From: a bacterium
GTDB taxonomy: Bacteria; Margulisbacteria; Marinamargulisbacteria; SXXA01
NCBI GenBank assembly: GCA_010028705.1
Contig: RHAI01000018.1
Location: forward strand, 1-28,611
DNA length: 28,611 bases
Direction: 5' to 3'
Shown: positions 27,095-28,611 of the stretch, piece by piece
Position numbering within the stretch: the stretch's first letter is position 1
How the letters are laid out: each line of letters begins with the position of its first letter
The notes under the pieces: generated by a model
The model's input: only the letters and a program-made list of their open reading frames with translations
What the model was told of the DNA's origin: nothing
Database searches by the model: none
Made by a program: the position numbers and the translations under genes

Positions 27095-27171
27095 GGCGGT
27101 GTAGCTCAGGTGGTTAGAGCATACGGTTCATACCCGTAGTGTCACTAGTTCGAATCTAGTCACCGCCACCA
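27095..27171 (+). tRNA. tRNA with CAT anticodon (elongator tRNA-Met, or tRNA-Ile2 if lysidine-modified), CCA encoded
   Basis: Hand-folded cloverleaf: acceptor GGCGGTG/CACCGCC, D arm GCTC-AGGTGGTTA-GAGC, anticodon arm TACGG-TTCATAC-CCGTA, variable loop GTGTC, T arm ACTAG-TTCGAAT-CTAGT, discriminator A, then CCA. It has a paired 1:72 position and lacks the three G:C pairs of initiator tRNA. Confidence 0.92.
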
Positions 27172-27177
27172 AAATTC

Positions 27178-27309
27178 CTAGTTTTTTCCGATAGTAATGT
27201 TTACAGTGGCACAGTCGAATACTAGGCTTATAAGAATACAGTTAGTGTCGCGGAGCGGAGCACTATCGCCGGTATTCTCGGTGAGGGAATCAGAATTTTG
27301 TGCGTCCAT
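27178..27309 (-). CDS. Candidate small ORF (43 aa) behind a strong Shine-Dalgarno; unverified
   Basis: On the minus strand, AAAGGAGG-ATCG-ATG leads into MDAQNSDSLTENTGDSAPLRDTNCILISLVFDCATVNITIGKN and a stop. It is below the 60-aa cutoff of the ORF track and I recognise no homology. Confidence 0.25.
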   Translation of the reverse strand: MDAQNSDSLTENTGDSAPLRDTNCILISLVFDCATVNITIGKN

Positions 27310-27576
27310 CGATCCTCCTTTACAGTTCAGTGCCCTCATTCCCTGATTACCTTTTGATCAAACATTGCGTTATTTTGGGGTTAGTATATTTCCTGACGTC
27401 TCCATTGATCCGGTCATTGGTAGTTCCAAATTGGCAACCTGTGGGGCGCCGTTTTTTGCTCCAACATGGCTTTTTTTATGGACATATAATGTGGCTGGTA
27501 GCGTTGCACGGTGCAAAAATGGTATAGCTGTGAGAGCCCATATTCTTAATAAGGTGACAGCTTTCGCGTTTAGGTC

Positions 27577-28056
27577 CTAGTTCTGACGTAATTGTTTAAA
27601 GAAGTTTGTGAGTATTTGAGCGCATTCATCATATTCAATATGCGTTGCAATTGTTCGGTGATTAAAAAAAACAGTACTAAATAGGTCTGTCTTTGTTCCG
27701 GCCGCCCCCCATTTTAGGTCGAATGCCCCAAAATAAACCTTCGCTATTCGAGCATGTAAAATGGCTCCCGCACACATTGGACACGGCTCAAGTGTGGATA
27801 CAAGGATGCAATCATCTAGCCGCCAGTTACCAGTCGATTTACAGGCATCTTGAATCGCTATTATTTCAGCGTGTTGAATGGGATCAGAAAAATATTCTTT
27901 TTGGTTATGGCCACGCCCAATGATAATGCCATTTTTTACGACAATTGCACCTACGGGGACTTCGCCGCTCTGGCCCGCAACATTTGCTTCCGCTAGTGCG
28001 ATTTCAAAGTAGCTCTTAATTAAAGCTAAGGGTAATTCCGGGACGTTGGGGTTCAT
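27577..28056 (-). CDS. tadA: tRNA-specific adenosine deaminase TadA
   Basis: CDA zinc motifs HAEIIAI and PCPMCAGAI, at a typical 159 aa. Confidence 0.92.
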   Translation of the reverse strand: MNPNVPELPLALIKSYFEIALAEANVAGQSGEVPVGAIVVKNGIIIGRGHNQKEYFSDPIQHAEIIAIQDACKSTGNWRLDDCILVSTLEPCPMCAGAILHARIAKVYFGAFDLKWGAAGTKTDLFSTVFFNHRTIATHIEYDECAQILTNFFKQLRQN

Positions 28057-28318
28057 CGGAGATTATGCCAAACTGACTTTCAAAATCGGTGATATTCCTC
28101 TGGAGTAATGCACACAGGCGCTTAGCATTTCGTGGAGATAGTATAGTTCGTTGGAGGACCTGGGCCTTCAAATTGCCTGGTTGGAGAAATGCAAAATCCA
28201 ATATGAATTCTTCGGGAGTAGCATTTGAGAGTACTAGATTGGCATATTTCCCGTGAGATACTTCCTGTGAGATATCTAACTGAATGGTTGGTGGCTTTAA
28301 ATTTGTTTCGTCTGTCAC
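28016..28318 (-). CDS. DUF3467-family small protein
   Basis: G.YANLVLSNATPEEFILDFAFLQPG...RTILSPRNAKRLCALLQRNITDFESQFG matches my recollection of DUF3467. The GTG start overlaps the efp stop (GTGA). Confidence 0.7.
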   Translation of the reverse strand: MTDETNLKPPTIQLDISQEVSHGKYANLVLSNATPEEFILDFAFLQPGNLKAQVLQRTILSPRNAKRLCALLQRNITDFESQFGIISDEPQRPGITLSFN

Positions 28319-28611
28319 GATTGCACACGCTCCATGTATTCGCCAGTTTCGGTATTGAAACGTACCGAATCCCCCTCGCTAATAAATCCGGGTGCATTAA
28401 TGACTATATTTCGCTCGAGTTCGATTGGTCGCATAGTGCTGGTTGCTGTTGCTTTTTTTATCTCAGGTGGGGCATATATTACTTTTAGTACCATTGTTTT
28501 AGGTAGATCTATACCGACGGCTTCCTCTTGATAGAAGGTGCAGAGATAAGTCTCTCCCTCGATTAGATATTTCGCGCTTTCGCCAATGAGTTCATTTGGG
28601 AGGGGCTGCTG
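28315..28611 (-). CDS. efp: Elongation factor P, C-terminal 98 codons (5' end outside the window)
   Basis: The minus-strand translation from the window edge reads ...YLCTFYQEEAVGIDLPKTMVLKVIYAPPEIKKATATSTMRPIELERNIVINAPGFISEGDSVRFNTETGEYMERVQS then a stop. This is the EF-P domain II/III pattern. Confidence 0.85.
   Translation of the reverse strand, partial: QQPLPNELIGESAKYLIEGETYLCTFYQEEAVGIDLPKTMVLKVIYAPPEIKKATATSTMRPIELERNIVINAPGFISEGDSVRFNTETGEYMERVQS

Noticed and set aside
27095-27171. Initiator tRNA-fMet assignment
   Set aside because: The anticodon stem is TACGG/CCGTA, lacking the three consecutive G:C pairs, and position 1:72 is a normal G:C pair. It is therefore an elongator Met or Ile2(CAU) type.

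Overview
This is a 28.6-kb chromosomal segment that looks like it comes from an uncultured diderm bacterium. Supporting signs are TolC-, LptA- and LptC-like genes, a protease with a T9SS/Por-type C-terminal sorting domain, and clear Shine-Dalgarno usage. All family calls come from motifs I recognise by eye, since no database search was possible.

I place 28 protein-coding genes, which are mostly housekeeping: hisF, leuS, pyrB plus a pyrC-like gene, purQ plus a purS-like gene, tadA, a partial efp, a pseudouridine synthase, and a tolC-macA-macB-nitroreductase operon. I also place one tRNA-Met(CAT), several hairpins or terminators, and one low-confidence small ORF.

I do not see a recognisable multi-gene defence or mobile system: there is no cas gene, integrase, transposase, reverse transcriptase or toxin-antitoxin pair.

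The least-explained parts of the window are:
- Two perfect, hairpin-rich 59-bp direct repeats cut by the left window edge.
- A 516-bp gap without a credible ORF (19848-20363). It carries a strong hairpin plus T-tract and a minus-strand reading frame broken by a single TGA.
- A 405-bp gap next to the tRNA, containing a 43-codon ORF behind a strong SD.
- An AT-rich 383-bp divergent region with a perfect 7-2-7 palindrome, next to an orphan protein.

Several enzymes look like degenerate or re-purposed family members:
- A PyrC'-type dihydroorotase lacking several conserved metal/catalytic positions.
- A thioredoxin-reductase fold lacking CxxC and HRR.
- A DAACS transporter with NMDGT changed to NKGGT.
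- A membrane-fusion protein (efflux adaptor) without the alpha-hairpin.
- A double-length PurS.
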